Positions 23,812 through 32,021 are shown, numbered from the stretch's first letter. The stretch is 32,583 nucleotides of DNA from an uncultured Candidatus Peribacteria bacterium (GCA_964373225.1 CAYJTW010000001.1:1-32583); one strand, 5' to 3'. The notes: generated by a model not told the origin, from the sequence alone. Numbers and translations are program-made.

Positions 23812-24615
23812 CTACCGGAAGAACCAATTCCACCACCCGCTTTCGGGGCTCACCACCGTCACCGCCTTGCCTTCCAGCGACTCCACCCGTTCATCCTTTT
23901 CGACGATCCCGAGCACCGAGGGCAGCAGCATGTACGTGATGCCCCGCGTGCGGCAGGCGCTCAGCAGATTGATCGACTGCTCCAGATCGCTGCACTGGAT
24001 GATGTGGGTGATATGGAAGTCGCGGAGAATCTCTTCGAGCTTGTCGAGCTTGCCTTTGACCGGAACACCTTTGATCTCCTTCTCTCTGATACCCGAGGCA
24101 TCAAGGATCGCGACGGGCCTAAGGACGCTCCGGCGTTTCTGCAGGAGTTCGATCAAGTGCCGCGACTCGCGCGTGACGCCGACGATGAGCGTGGGGAAGC
24201 TGGGCGAGCCGCTCCTGAGCATCATGCGCATCAGCAATCCAAAGACCATGTGCCAGGCCCACGTCGCAAATGTACTCAGAAGGAAGGCCGTTAGCAGCAG
24301 CTCGCGGCTGAAGACCTTTTGGAAGAGAAAGAAGTACACGGTCGTCACCAGTGCGACGCCGATGACCGACGCATAGGCGATGTAGGCGGCATTGCGCGGT
24401 GTGCGCTGCCTGCGCGTCAGGCTGAACGTCCGCGTCATTACGAGTCCGCCGAGCCACGGGATTCCGCTCAGCGCCACCGCGGTCATATAGTCATGAAAAG
24501 GAAGATCACTTGAGAAAATCCAATCGACACGTAAGAAGTATGCGAGAGCGTACGACCCCAAGAAGATGGCGTAGTCGGAGAGGAGCCAGAGGAGGAGCAA
24601 GAATGGACGTCGCAT
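23812..24615 (-). CDS. N-terminal (TM plus CoA_binding_3-like) part of a polyprenyl glycosylphosphotransferase; catalytic Bac_transf domain absent (truncated, possible pseudogene)
   Basis: LLSDYAIFLGSYALAYFLR TM block, then PTLIVGVTRESRHLIELL...ILDASG...GVPVKGKLDKLEEIL..HITHIIQ. The ORF stops where the catalytic domain normally begins. Start taken at MRRPFLL (24615). Confidence 0.65.
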   Translation of the reverse strand: MRRPFLLLLWLLSDYAIFLGSYALAYFLRVDWIFSSDLPFHDYMTAVALSGIPWLGGLVMTRTFSLTRRQRTPRNAAYIAYASVIGVALVTTVYFFLFQKVFSRELLLTAFLLSTFATWAWHMVFGLLMRMMLRSGSPSFPTLIVGVTRESRHLIELLQKRRSVLRPVAILDASGIREKEIKGVPVKGKLDKLEEILRDFHITHIIQCSDLEQSINLLSACRTRGITYMLLPSVLGIVEKDERVESLEGKAVTVVSPESGWWNWFFR

Positions 24616-24661
24616 AACAAACACATTCTGCGAATACCTTACATTCCCGCTGCTGCTTCCA

Positions 24662-25318
24662 CTAGGCGGTGGTCTTGGCAGGAACCCCTCGTCTTTCGGA
24701 AGCGACAAAGAAGCCTCTCAATGCTCTTCTGCCGTTCGGATATCTCTCAAATGCCTCTTCGTACGTGAGTATTGCACAGGAAGGATTTTCCAACGATCGA
24801 CTCGCTGAAATTATCACGCCTCCGCTGAAATCTTTTTGCGACGCCAAGCTCCCTTTGCCTTCAAAGACAATGCGCTGCCATGCATCGCCGTTTTTGCGCC
24901 ATCCTATTCTCAAATATTGTGTCAGCGGCCCTGGCATTGTGATTTCTTCTCCGCCGAGTCCTATGTATGGGATATCTCCATCAGTTATTTGGACTGCATC
25001 AACATCATAAAAAATCCCCCGCGAAGTTTCGATGTAGTTTCCCGTGGCAGTCCGATTGCCCAACAATCTTGTGGCATCAAATTCTTGTGAAGGAGGATCC
25101 AATGCCTGCAGTAAAAAATGCAACCTATCCGTTCGAACGCCAGCAGCTTTTAAGATGTCTTCTTTCTGGCCAACATCCGTCATGCGTTGATGAAGAGTGT
25201 CGGGAGCACTGATCGTCACCATGTCGGCCGTATGGCCTCCTTCTGGATTGAGAATCTTCGCCATGTATTCAGCGATCTGCGCGTCATCGCCGTAGTCTTT
25301 TGGAGCAGCAATTGCCAT
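24662..25318 (-). CDS. Hypothetical protein (218 aa)
   Basis: Long ORF in a lower-GC segment, co-directional with its neighbours. No motif recognised. Confidence 0.55.
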   Translation of the reverse strand: MAIAAPKDYGDDAQIAEYMAKILNPEGGHTADMVTISAPDTLHQRMTDVGQKEDILKAAGVRTDRLHFLLQALDPPSQEFDATRLLGNRTATGNYIETSRGIFYDVDAVQITDGDIPYIGLGGEEITMPGPLTQYLRIGWRKNGDAWQRIVFEGKGSLASQKDFSGGVIISASRSLENPSCAILTYEEAFERYPNGRRALRGFFVASERRGVPAKTTA

Positions 25319-25394
25319 AATGAAGATGAAATGAAGAAGGAGAGATCATGCTCTTTCTCGCGTATATGTCAAGATCACGATGGGGCGCACTTCG

Positions 25395-26381
25395 CTATTT
25401 CACCTCAGCAACCTTCATCCCGCCTTCCCAGACAAAAGATAACTTCGTCGCGTCCCACGCAATTTTCCCATCCCAGGAATTGCCTTCGGCGACACTGCTC
25501 TTCTTCGGCATGTACGTCTCCAGCCACTGGAGCTTCTTGGCGAGAACCGGATTGCTCGCGGCTCGCAGGCGGAAGGACTGCTCCTGGGTAACAAAATAGG
25601 TGACGCTCTCGGCGAGGTCTTCGAAGTTGTCGCTCTCGTACGCGTAGCCCGTGACGAACTGTCGTCTTGCCGCTGTCGGTTTCCTCTTCTTTTCGCTCTC
25701 CCACGAAATGCGGTAGAACTCCACGCTCGGATCGTCGTTGTAAAGAAGATCGTCGCCATCACGGAAGGCGCTCACGCCGCTCTTCTCGTCACCCGTCAGG
25801 CAGGTGATGTCGCGGAAGTGGCCGAGACCTTCGTGCATCAGGAGTCCGATGAACTCCTGGTCGGGGACGGTGCCGGAAACGAGGATCACGCCACGGCCGG
25901 CGAGGCCGCGGTGTTTGGGGTTGTCGTAGAGGACGGAAAAGGTCTGCAGTTTTTCGAGACACGCAGGATCCAGCAGACTCAGGACCGCCTCGGCGAGCGG
26001 GCGCTGCGCTGCGCGGGCTCCGGACTCATCCAGCAGCGTCTGCAGACGCGATTTCGGTGTGGGTACATCAAGTAGGGGTTGTTCGCGAACAACCCCTACG
26101 TCGGCTGCGGGGGTCGTCACCGTCTCCGTGACGGGACGCTGACGAACCTGATGGCGGCGCGGGCCGTAGATGACGCGGGCGGAAACGATTTTTTCGGATG
26201 TGGTCTGCGGCGCAGTCTGCTGCGCCCTTGCGGCAGCGCGCAGTTGTGCTACACTGGGATAGAGATACAGTGCGACAGAGAAGATCATCACGATCAGGAG
26301 CAGAGCCAATGGCTGGAGAGCGTTCTTCTGCACGTGTTTCCCGAAGTGGTACTTTATATCATATTTATCGTTAGATGTCAA
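25395..26381 (-). CDS. Membrane-anchored putative zinc metallopeptidase (HExxH)
   Basis: N-terminal TM LQPLALLLIVMIFSVALYLY, HExxH in GLLMHEGLGHF, and a downstream acidic NFEDLAES. The start is uncertain: TTG at 26381 overlaps divergent rlmD by 7 nt, and there is an alternative GTG at 26333. Confidence 0.6.
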   Translation of the reverse strand: MTSNDKYDIKYHFGKHVQKNALQPLALLLIVMIFSVALYLYPSVAQLRAAARAQQTAPQTTSEKIVSARVIYGPRRHQVRQRPVTETVTTPAADVGVVREQPLLDVPTPKSRLQTLLDESGARAAQRPLAEAVLSLLDPACLEKLQTFSVLYDNPKHRGLAGRGVILVSGTVPDQEFIGLLMHEGLGHFRDITCLTGDEKSGVSAFRDGDDLLYNDDPSVEFYRISWESEKKRKPTAARRQFVTGYAYESDNFEDLAESVTYFVTQEQSFRLRAASNPVLAKKLQWLETYMPKKSSVAEGNSWDGKIAWDATKLSFVWEGGMKVAEVK

Positions 26382-27817
26382 TACCCGTCACTATAGAGAA
26401 ACTCACCTTCGGAGGTGCAGGTTTGACCCATGTCGACGGTTTGACGGTGTTCGTCCCGGACACGATTCCGGGCCAGCAGGTCGAGATCGAAATCACCAAA
26501 AAGAAGGATACGTTTGCGGAGGCGAAGGTCGTCAAAGTCCTGCGCCGCGCCAAGGACGAAATCCCCGCGCGCTGCACACACTTCCACGACTGCGGCGGGT
26601 GCATCTGGCAGAACCTCCCGTACGACAAGCAGATCTCGTACAAGGAAGACATCGTCCGCGAGACGCTCAGTCACCTGACACCCGCGGACGAGAACGTCCG
26701 CTCCCATCTTGCAGGGCGGGTGCTCAACATCATCCCGAGCCCGCAGATCTACCACTACCGCAACAAACTCGAGTTCAGCTTCGGTTTCCAATCCATGCGG
26801 ACCGAGGAGAAAGCCGGTCGCCGCCTCTACTTCGACGAAGGGCCCAGCATCGGATTCCACCAGCCCGGCCAGTGGTCCACGATCCTTCCCATCACCGAGT
26901 GTCACCTCTACGACGAGCAGGTCGGCGTGCTCCTCGCGGATGTGAAACGCTTCATGGAACAGACGAAGTTGCCGGTGTTCAATCCCAAGACGAATCGCGG
27001 CATGCTCCGTAACCTCTTGCTCCGCAGAGGCGTCCACACGGGCGAGCAGATGATCTGCTTTTTGCTCCACGCGCGGAAAAAAGAACTCGAGCCGCTCTTC
27101 CAGCAATTCCTCCGCGCGTTCGGCGGCCGCCCGCATTTGGCGTCACTCCTCATCGTCGAGCATATGGGTGTGCACGAAAAGCCCGAGTTCCCCAGGGTCC
27201 ACACGCTCATCGGCAAGCCGACGATCACCGAGCGTCTCTTTGATCTCAGTTTCGAAATTTCGCCATTCTCGTTCTTCCAGACGAACACTTTGGCGGCCGA
27301 GAAGCTCTACCAGGCGATCGCGCAGGCCGCGCAGCTGACAAGCCGCGACACCGTACTCGACGCCTACTGCGGCATGGGCACGATCGGTCAGTACCTTGCA
27401 CGATACTGCCAGCGCGTCGTCGGCGTCGAGAGCCATCCCTCCGCCGTCGATGACGCGCTCAAGAGCGCGGGCCGCAACCGCATCGGCAACATCAGCTTCT
27501 ATAAAGGACGCGCCGAGCAGGTGCTCCTCGATCAACTCAAACCCCCGAAGGGGGGCCCTTCGGGCCCCGGCGGCAAATACAAGTTTGACGTCGTCATTCT
27601 TGATCCCCCCCGCGCGGGGCTCCATCCCAAAGCGCGCGATGCCGTTCTCGCGCATGCACCCGAGAAGATCGTCTATGTCTCGTGCAACACCGCGACGTTC
27701 GCCCGCGACCTCGGGGAGTTCTTGAAAGGGGGGTACGACCTCAGAACGGTTCAGCCCGTCGATCTCTTCCCGCATACGGCGCATATTGAGACGGTGGCGC
27801 TGCTGCAAAAGAAGTAG
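26375..27817 (+). CDS. rlmD: 23S rRNA (uracil-5-)-methyltransferase, RlmD/RumA (TrmA) family
   Basis: N-terminal TRAM-like domain, Fe-S cysteines C..HF.DCGGCIWQ, SAM motif LDAYCGMGTIG, DPPRAGL, VYVSCN. Confidence 0.88.
   Translation: MSIPVTIEKLTFGGAGLTHVDGLTVFVPDTIPGQQVEIEITKKKDTFAEAKVVKVLRRAKDEIPARCTHFHDCGGCIWQNLPYDKQISYKEDIVRETLSHLTPADENVRSHLAGRVLNIIPSPQIYHYRNKLEFSFGFQSMRTEEKAGRRLYFDEGPSIGFHQPGQWSTILPITECHLYDEQVGVLLADVKRFMEQTKLPVFNPKTNRGMLRNLLLRRGVHTGEQMICFLLHARKKELEPLFQQFLRAFGGRPHLASLLIVEHMGVHEKPEFPRVHTLIGKPTITERLFDLSFEISPFSFFQTNTLAAEKLYQAIAQAAQLTSRDTVLDAYCGMGTIGQYLARYCQRVVGVESHPSAVDDALKSAGRNRIGNISFYKGRAEQVLLDQLKPPKGGPSGPGGKYKFDVVILDPPRAGLHPKARDAVLAHAPEKIVYVSCNTATFARDLGEFLKGGYDLRTVQPVDLFPHTAHIETVALLQKK
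27542..27568. repeat. Two abutting REP-like triloop hairpins, CCCCC-GAA-GGGGG and GGGGCCC-TTC-GGGCCCC, in-frame in rlmD
   Basis: Read directly. Encodes PPKGGPSGPGG just upstream of the conserved FDVVILDPPRAG. Confidence 0.75.
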
Positions 27818-27910
27818 AGCTAGAGTACTAGAATGTTAGAGTATTAGGGACCTCAGACAGTTCAGACTTCATTACACCGGAGTCCTAGTATTCTAGTACT
27901 CTAGTATTCT
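27815..27910. repeat. Second member of the inverted octamer-array palindromic element family (AGAGTACT AGAATGTT AGAGTATT AGGGA ... TCCT AGTATTCT AGTACTCT AGTATTCT)
   Basis: Same unit (AGARTRYT), same AGGR/YCCT junctions and a similar spacer of about 32 nt as 8245-8325. Lies between rlmD and rlmH. Confidence 0.8.
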
Positions 27911-27917
27911 CTTTCCT

Positions 27918-28382
27918 ATGCAAAAAATAACTTTGCTCACCGTCGGCCGCATCAAGTTCTCCTGGATCGCTCAGGGCTGTTCAGAGTACCTCGAGCGTCT
28001 GCGCCCCTCCATCAAACTCACCGTCACCGAAATCCCGCCGAGCCGGCAGAAAGATGCCGAGAAGCAGAAGCAGGAAGAGAGCGAGCAGATTCTGCATGCG
28101 CTCGAGAAGGAGAAGGGCGATGTCTTCCTTCTCGATGAAGCGGGCGAGCCGATGACCAGTAAGCAGTTCAGCGTCTTCTTGAGTAAGGCCGAGGACATGG
28201 GCATTCCACTCACCTTCATCCTCGGCGGCGCGTACGGCGTCAGTGATCAGGTCAAATCCATCGTGCGCGGATCCATCCGGCTGAGCGACATGACGCTCAC
28301 GCACGAAATGGCGCGGCTCTTCCTCCTTGAGCAGCTCTACCGGGCAGTCGAAATCAAGAAGGGGAGCGGGTATCACCACTGA
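27918..28382 (+). CDS. rlmH: 23S rRNA (pseudouridine1915-N3)-methyltransferase RlmH (SPOUT)
   Basis: About 154 aa, YLERL, FILGGAYGVSD, IRLSDMTLTHEMARL. Confidence 0.9.
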   Translation: MQKITLLTVGRIKFSWIAQGCSEYLERLRPSIKLTVTEIPPSRQKDAEKQKQEESEQILHALEKEKGDVFLLDEAGEPMTSKQFSVFLSKAEDMGIPLTFILGGAYGVSDQVKSIVRGSIRLSDMTLTHEMARLFLLEQLYRAVEIKKGSGYHH

Positions 28383-28388
28383 TTGGCA

Positions 28389-28919
28389 TCACCACCAGAC
28401 TTTCTTCATCCCAAGGAAATAGCCGATCACGTTCACAGCGAAATGCAGCAGGGGAGTGGCGATCACGATCACCGCGATGTGCGCGATATCCATCGGGTAG
28501 AACGGCAGGACGAAGAGCAGCGCGCCGGCGACGAAGTCCAATTGATCGAAGGGCACCCACGGCGCGCCCGGGGGTTTGCCCAGCCGCCGCTTGAAGAAGG
28601 ATTTGAGGAGGTCACCGAGCACCGCGCCTCCTCCCAGAAGCAGCGTCAGCTGCCACAGGCTTTCCGCGTTGTAGTCGGTCATTCTCCACGCATCCGCGAT
28701 CCCGTAGCTCTGCAAAATCTGCTGCATCATCACGGTCACGAACGCTCCGGCTACTCCAGCGAGGAGTCCGCGGAGAGTTTTATGGTTCCCAAAAAGCGGT
28801 GTTGATAACGGCTCACCCAGCGGCAAATGCAATGACCCGGCAATCGTCGGGCACATGTTGGCGACGTACGCCGGTAAAAAGAAGTACAGGCTCGAGGCGA
28901 TGAGGGTCAGCCACGTCAT
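28389..28919 (-). CDS. carS: CDP-archaeol synthase-like protein (CarS / DUF46 family)
   Basis: FFLPAYVANMCP, FGNHKTLRGLLAG, GDLLKSFFKRRLGKPPGAPWVPFDQLDFV, H..VN.IGYFLG: the pattern recalled for the CarS family. Multi-TM, 176 aa. Confidence 0.65.
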   Translation of the reverse strand: MTWLTLIASSLYFFLPAYVANMCPTIAGSLHLPLGEPLSTPLFGNHKTLRGLLAGVAGAFVTVMMQQILQSYGIADAWRMTDYNAESLWQLTLLLGGGAVLGDLLKSFFKRRLGKPPGAPWVPFDQLDFVAGALLFVLPFYPMDIAHIAVIVIATPLLHFAVNVIGYFLGMKKVWW

Positions 28920-28945
28920 ACGCAGATGCTAACACTCTCCGCTCG

Positions 28946-29470
28946 TCACCGTGAGTGCAGTTGCTTCCATCCCGCAGCGGCATAATCGATCACGCTCCAG
29001 ACCGCGCAGAGTCCGAGGATCCAGAGCGAGAGCGGGAGCAAGGTCCACTGATGTGCAAGCAACAGGAAGAGCGCGCAGAACTGGAAGAACGTCACCACTT
29101 TTCCGCTCCACCGCGACTGGAGGCTCACCGACTTGATGTGACCGGTCATGAGCAATCCCATTGATGCGGGGACTGTGAAGAGATCGCGCAGAAAGAACGC
29201 GAACAGGCCCCAGAGCGGAAGGAGGTTCTGCGCATATCCGTAGAGCACGATCGTGCCCACGAAGATTTTGTCGGTTGCGGGGTCCAGCAGCGCGCCGATA
29301 CCCGATCCCTTCCCAAAGCCACGCGCCACGCATCCATCCAGCCAGTCCGTCAGCGCCGCAAGTCCGAAGAAGAGGTAGCGCGCGGGATGATCGAACGTCA
29401 GGACCACGGCGGCTGCGAGCGGCAGGCGCAGGAGGGAGAGGACGTTGGCGATCACGTTGGGGCTCTTCAT
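28946..29470 (-). CDS. CDP-alcohol phosphatidyltransferase family protein
   Basis: DWLDGCVARGFGKGSGIGALLDPATDK fits D-G-x2-A-R-x8-G-x3-D-x3-D. Start taken at MKSPNV (29470), because the longer ORF would overlap the tRNA gene. Confidence 0.88.
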   Translation of the reverse strand: MKSPNVIANVLSLLRLPLAAAVVLTFDHPARYLFFGLAALTDWLDGCVARGFGKGSGIGALLDPATDKIFVGTIVLYGYAQNLLPLWGLFAFFLRDLFTVPASMGLLMTGHIKSVSLQSRWSGKVVTFFQFCALFLLLAHQWTLLPLSLWILGLCAVWSVIDYAAAGWKQLHSR

Positions 29471-29576
29471 CCGGAGCCATGATAGACTGAAACCATATAT
29501 CTCACCTACGGCGCTCCGGTGCGGGGCGGGAATACCGTTGCTCTTTTCATTTCTTACAATCATCCTCTTCCTTCGT

Positions 29577-29651
29577 GGCCTCATCGTCTAACGGTTAGGA
29601 CAGCAGGTTCTCATCCTGCAAATCGGGGTTCGATTCCCCGTGGGGCTGCCA
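29577..29651 (+). tRNA. tRNA-Glu (anticodon CTC), CCA encoded
   Basis: Folded by hand: acceptor GGCCTCA/TGGGGCT (two G-U pairs), D arm GTCT-AACGGTTA-GGAC, anticodon arm GCAGG-TTCTCAT-CCTGC, T arm CGGGG-TTCGATT-CCCCG, discriminator G, then CCA. A TACAAT box at 29555-29560 sits upstream. Confidence 0.9.
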
Positions 29652-29690
29652 CTACGCGCATGTGACCGTTGTGCTTATGCATTACACATT

Positions 29691-29717
29691 CTGGATTTTA
29701 TACATATTAAAATCCAG
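29691..29717. other. Perfect 10-bp AT-rich hairpin CTGGATTTTA-tacatat-TAAAATCCAG downstream of the tRNA
   Basis: Read directly. No T-tract follows, so the function is unknown (tRNA 3' processing, terminator, or island boundary). Confidence 0.5.
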
Positions 29718-29858
29718 TAGCATTGCAAAATTATGTCGATGATCCATGCACATCCTGCTCCTCAGGTACCGAACGATTGCCGCGTTTGATCCGCTCACAA
29801 AGCCACGAAGAGAATGTTCTTGCAAGATCACGGAAAGAAGAGTACAAGCTGATAGCCT

Positions 29859-31424
29859 GTGGGTTCTCGACCTGAAACACCGGGCAATCACAACACGAAA
29901 ATCGGCGCCGTGCAGGTAAATATGGTCGATTACAAGTTCGGCATGGGTGTGGATGAGAATGATCTGAAGGAGACGAGAGACGCAGTACGCAAGCTCCTCG
30001 ATTCGCTGCGCAAGCATACGACGTTCATTCCTCTGGGAAAGGACAAGACCGTCGCGAACATTGACCTCACACACTGCGACATCGGAACGACGCTGCCCCT
30101 GACCTTGCGTTTCGGGAAGCCGGACGACGCGTACCTCAAACCGTTCGAACTGCCACTGCCTCCGCAGTTCCGCGGGAAGAAGGTTCGCGACTTACACGAT
30201 GCCCTGCAGCAAATGTCGCGTATGGACCCCGGTGGCAACGTCCCGAACATGATTCGCAACTTGGCACACATTATGGGATCCCCGTCCGCTCCGCGTGGCA
30301 TGACGATTGACCTCTACTCCACCGATGAGCCGCTGTTTCAAGTGTGGTTCAGTTCCCTCTCTCAGCAGACGCGCGATCGCATCCGTCTCACGCTCATCGA
30401 TGTCCCGGCGCGCAAAGGCCTGCACCTGCCCTACTCCTCGGACGATCCGAGCAAGCATGGGACACTGGGCATCGGGACTCCGCTGCACTCCACTATCCAT
30501 TCCATGGAAGAGCACTTTCCGCGGCTTATCACGTGCAATCACGTTCTGGTGTCGGAGAGTCTCCATTCACTCGTGAAGAAGAAGGCAGACAAGGAGCAGT
30601 ACCACGAGTTCCAGGATCCCTCCACGGCGTTCCGTGAGCAATGCGCCATCGAGAGCTACAACCACATGCTGAACGGCGGCATGCACATGCCGGTCGTGAC
30701 GATGAACGACGAGGAGATGATCGAGTATTTGACCAGCCTCGAAAAGCGCCGTGACGCTCCGCTCTCCGTGAACCAACCTCTCACGTTCGCGGCGCCGTTC
30801 GACGGGCAACGCCAATTGAATGATGTGACCATGCAACAGGTGAGCAACACGTTTGAGCGGTATTTTGCCTGCGTCACTCCACGACCACACACCACGCTCC
30901 ACTTCCCCCTCAATGTGAGCTGCGGAAGTAGGGGTGGCTACCACATCGCCTGCACCCCAAAGGGCACGCGTTTCGCAATCTTCTCGTCGACACCGCGCAG
31001 TACGGAGGGAGCACAGCGCATGCTCTCCACCATCGGCAAGAACGACGACATCTCTCTGGAGAAAAGTTACGTCATGGGCGCGGGGGATGCCGTGGCGACC
31101 GTCCTCTCGCTTGCGCATCTCTGGGATATCCCGGAGATGCTTCGGACGCACGCGAACAAGACGCATCCGCTGGATGCCCGCTTCATCGAAACAGCGTCCA
31201 TCATCTTCGTGAGTCTGCTCAGCAGATTCGTCGGCGAAATGGTCTTTCACTCCGATCGATGCGACTGGACCAGTGTTCCTCAGGAACTGTTTCCGGATAT
31301 CGTCCGACGCGTCGCCGAGAAGAGTCTGGACGCTGCCACCCATGTCTGGGGCCGCACCGAGAAGCCCCAACAGGTGCGGGAGAACGAATGGGACATGGAT
31401 ATCGCAATTTGGGAACTGCAGTAA
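29859..31424 (+). CDS. Hypothetical protein (about 500-521 aa) with faint ribokinase-superfamily-like motifs
   Basis: PGGNVPNMIRNLAHIMG (about residue 125) and YVMGAGDAVATVLSL (about residue 407) resemble the GG and GxGD motifs of PfkB / ADP-dependent sugar kinases. GTG at 29859; first ATG at 29922. Confidence 0.55.
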   Translation: MGSRPETPGNHNTKIGAVQVNMVDYKFGMGVDENDLKETRDAVRKLLDSLRKHTTFIPLGKDKTVANIDLTHCDIGTTLPLTLRFGKPDDAYLKPFELPLPPQFRGKKVRDLHDALQQMSRMDPGGNVPNMIRNLAHIMGSPSAPRGMTIDLYSTDEPLFQVWFSSLSQQTRDRIRLTLIDVPARKGLHLPYSSDDPSKHGTLGIGTPLHSTIHSMEEHFPRLITCNHVLVSESLHSLVKKKADKEQYHEFQDPSTAFREQCAIESYNHMLNGGMHMPVVTMNDEEMIEYLTSLEKRRDAPLSVNQPLTFAAPFDGQRQLNDVTMQQVSNTFERYFACVTPRPHTTLHFPLNVSCGSRGGYHIACTPKGTRFAIFSSTPRSTEGAQRMLSTIGKNDDISLEKSYVMGAGDAVATVLSLAHLWDIPEMLRTHANKTHPLDARFIETASIIFVSLLSRFVGEMVFHSDRCDWTSVPQELFPDIVRRVAEKSLDAATHVWGRTEKPQQVRENEWDMDIAIWELQ

Positions 31425-31472
31425 TACCATGCATCGCCAGAGTGGTATCCCACAGATTTGACACAATAGAAA

Positions 31473-32021
31473 TTGCAGTGGAGAATGCTCAACCCACCCA
31501 TGACGAAGAAGATCCCGCTTGCGGTCGTGTCCTACCCGTTCGGAGTGGAGCGCATCGTTGACCTCGATGGCAAGGTCTACCGCATCCCGAATGTTGTGAT
31601 GGAATACAGTCCGGAATTTGCGAGGAAGGAGGTCGAGCAGTACCGCCTGTTCCCACGCAGGGAGAAACGCAGACTCAGCACCATCCGCTTTGCGGAACGG
31701 TACGACTTTTTCGACGATCCGATGCGCAGGAGCATCGATACACTCCGTAGCAAGGTCAGGAGTTACATGAGGCCGGTCGGCTCCATCTCGCAGATGATGA
31801 TGAAGGTGATCCTGGAATCGTGCGACGTGTTCCTGACGAAACGACGTGAACCGATTGATTACTTCGACTACCTCGCCCCGGCGAAGATCATTCGGGACTT
31901 GGGAGGGCACGTCACGGATCTCGAGGGGAAGGTCCTCGGGGATGTGGAACGGGTCGAGGGCCTCATCGTCGCCTCGCGCAAGCGAACGCACACGACATTC
32001 ATGAAAACGCTTCATGTGTAG
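31473..32021 (+). CDS. Hypothetical protein (about 175-182 aa) with an IMPase-like C-terminal motif
   Basis: FDYLAPAKIIRDLGGHVTDLEGKVL resembles the WDxAAGxxIxxEAGGxVTDxxG motif of inositol-monophosphatase-fold proteins. The N-terminal DPIDGT metal site was not seen. ATG options at 31485 and 31500. Confidence 0.5.
   Translation: MQWRMLNPPMTKKIPLAVVSYPFGVERIVDLDGKVYRIPNVVMEYSPEFARKEVEQYRLFPRREKRRLSTIRFAERYDFFDDPMRRSIDTLRSKVRSYMRPVGSISQMMMKVILESCDVFLTKRREPIDYFDYLAPAKIIRDLGGHVTDLEGKVLGDVERVEGLIVASRKRTHTTFMKTLHV

Noticed and set aside
26378-27808. Minus-strand ORFs 26378-27136 and 27143-27808
   Set aside because: They are antisense shadows of rlmD.
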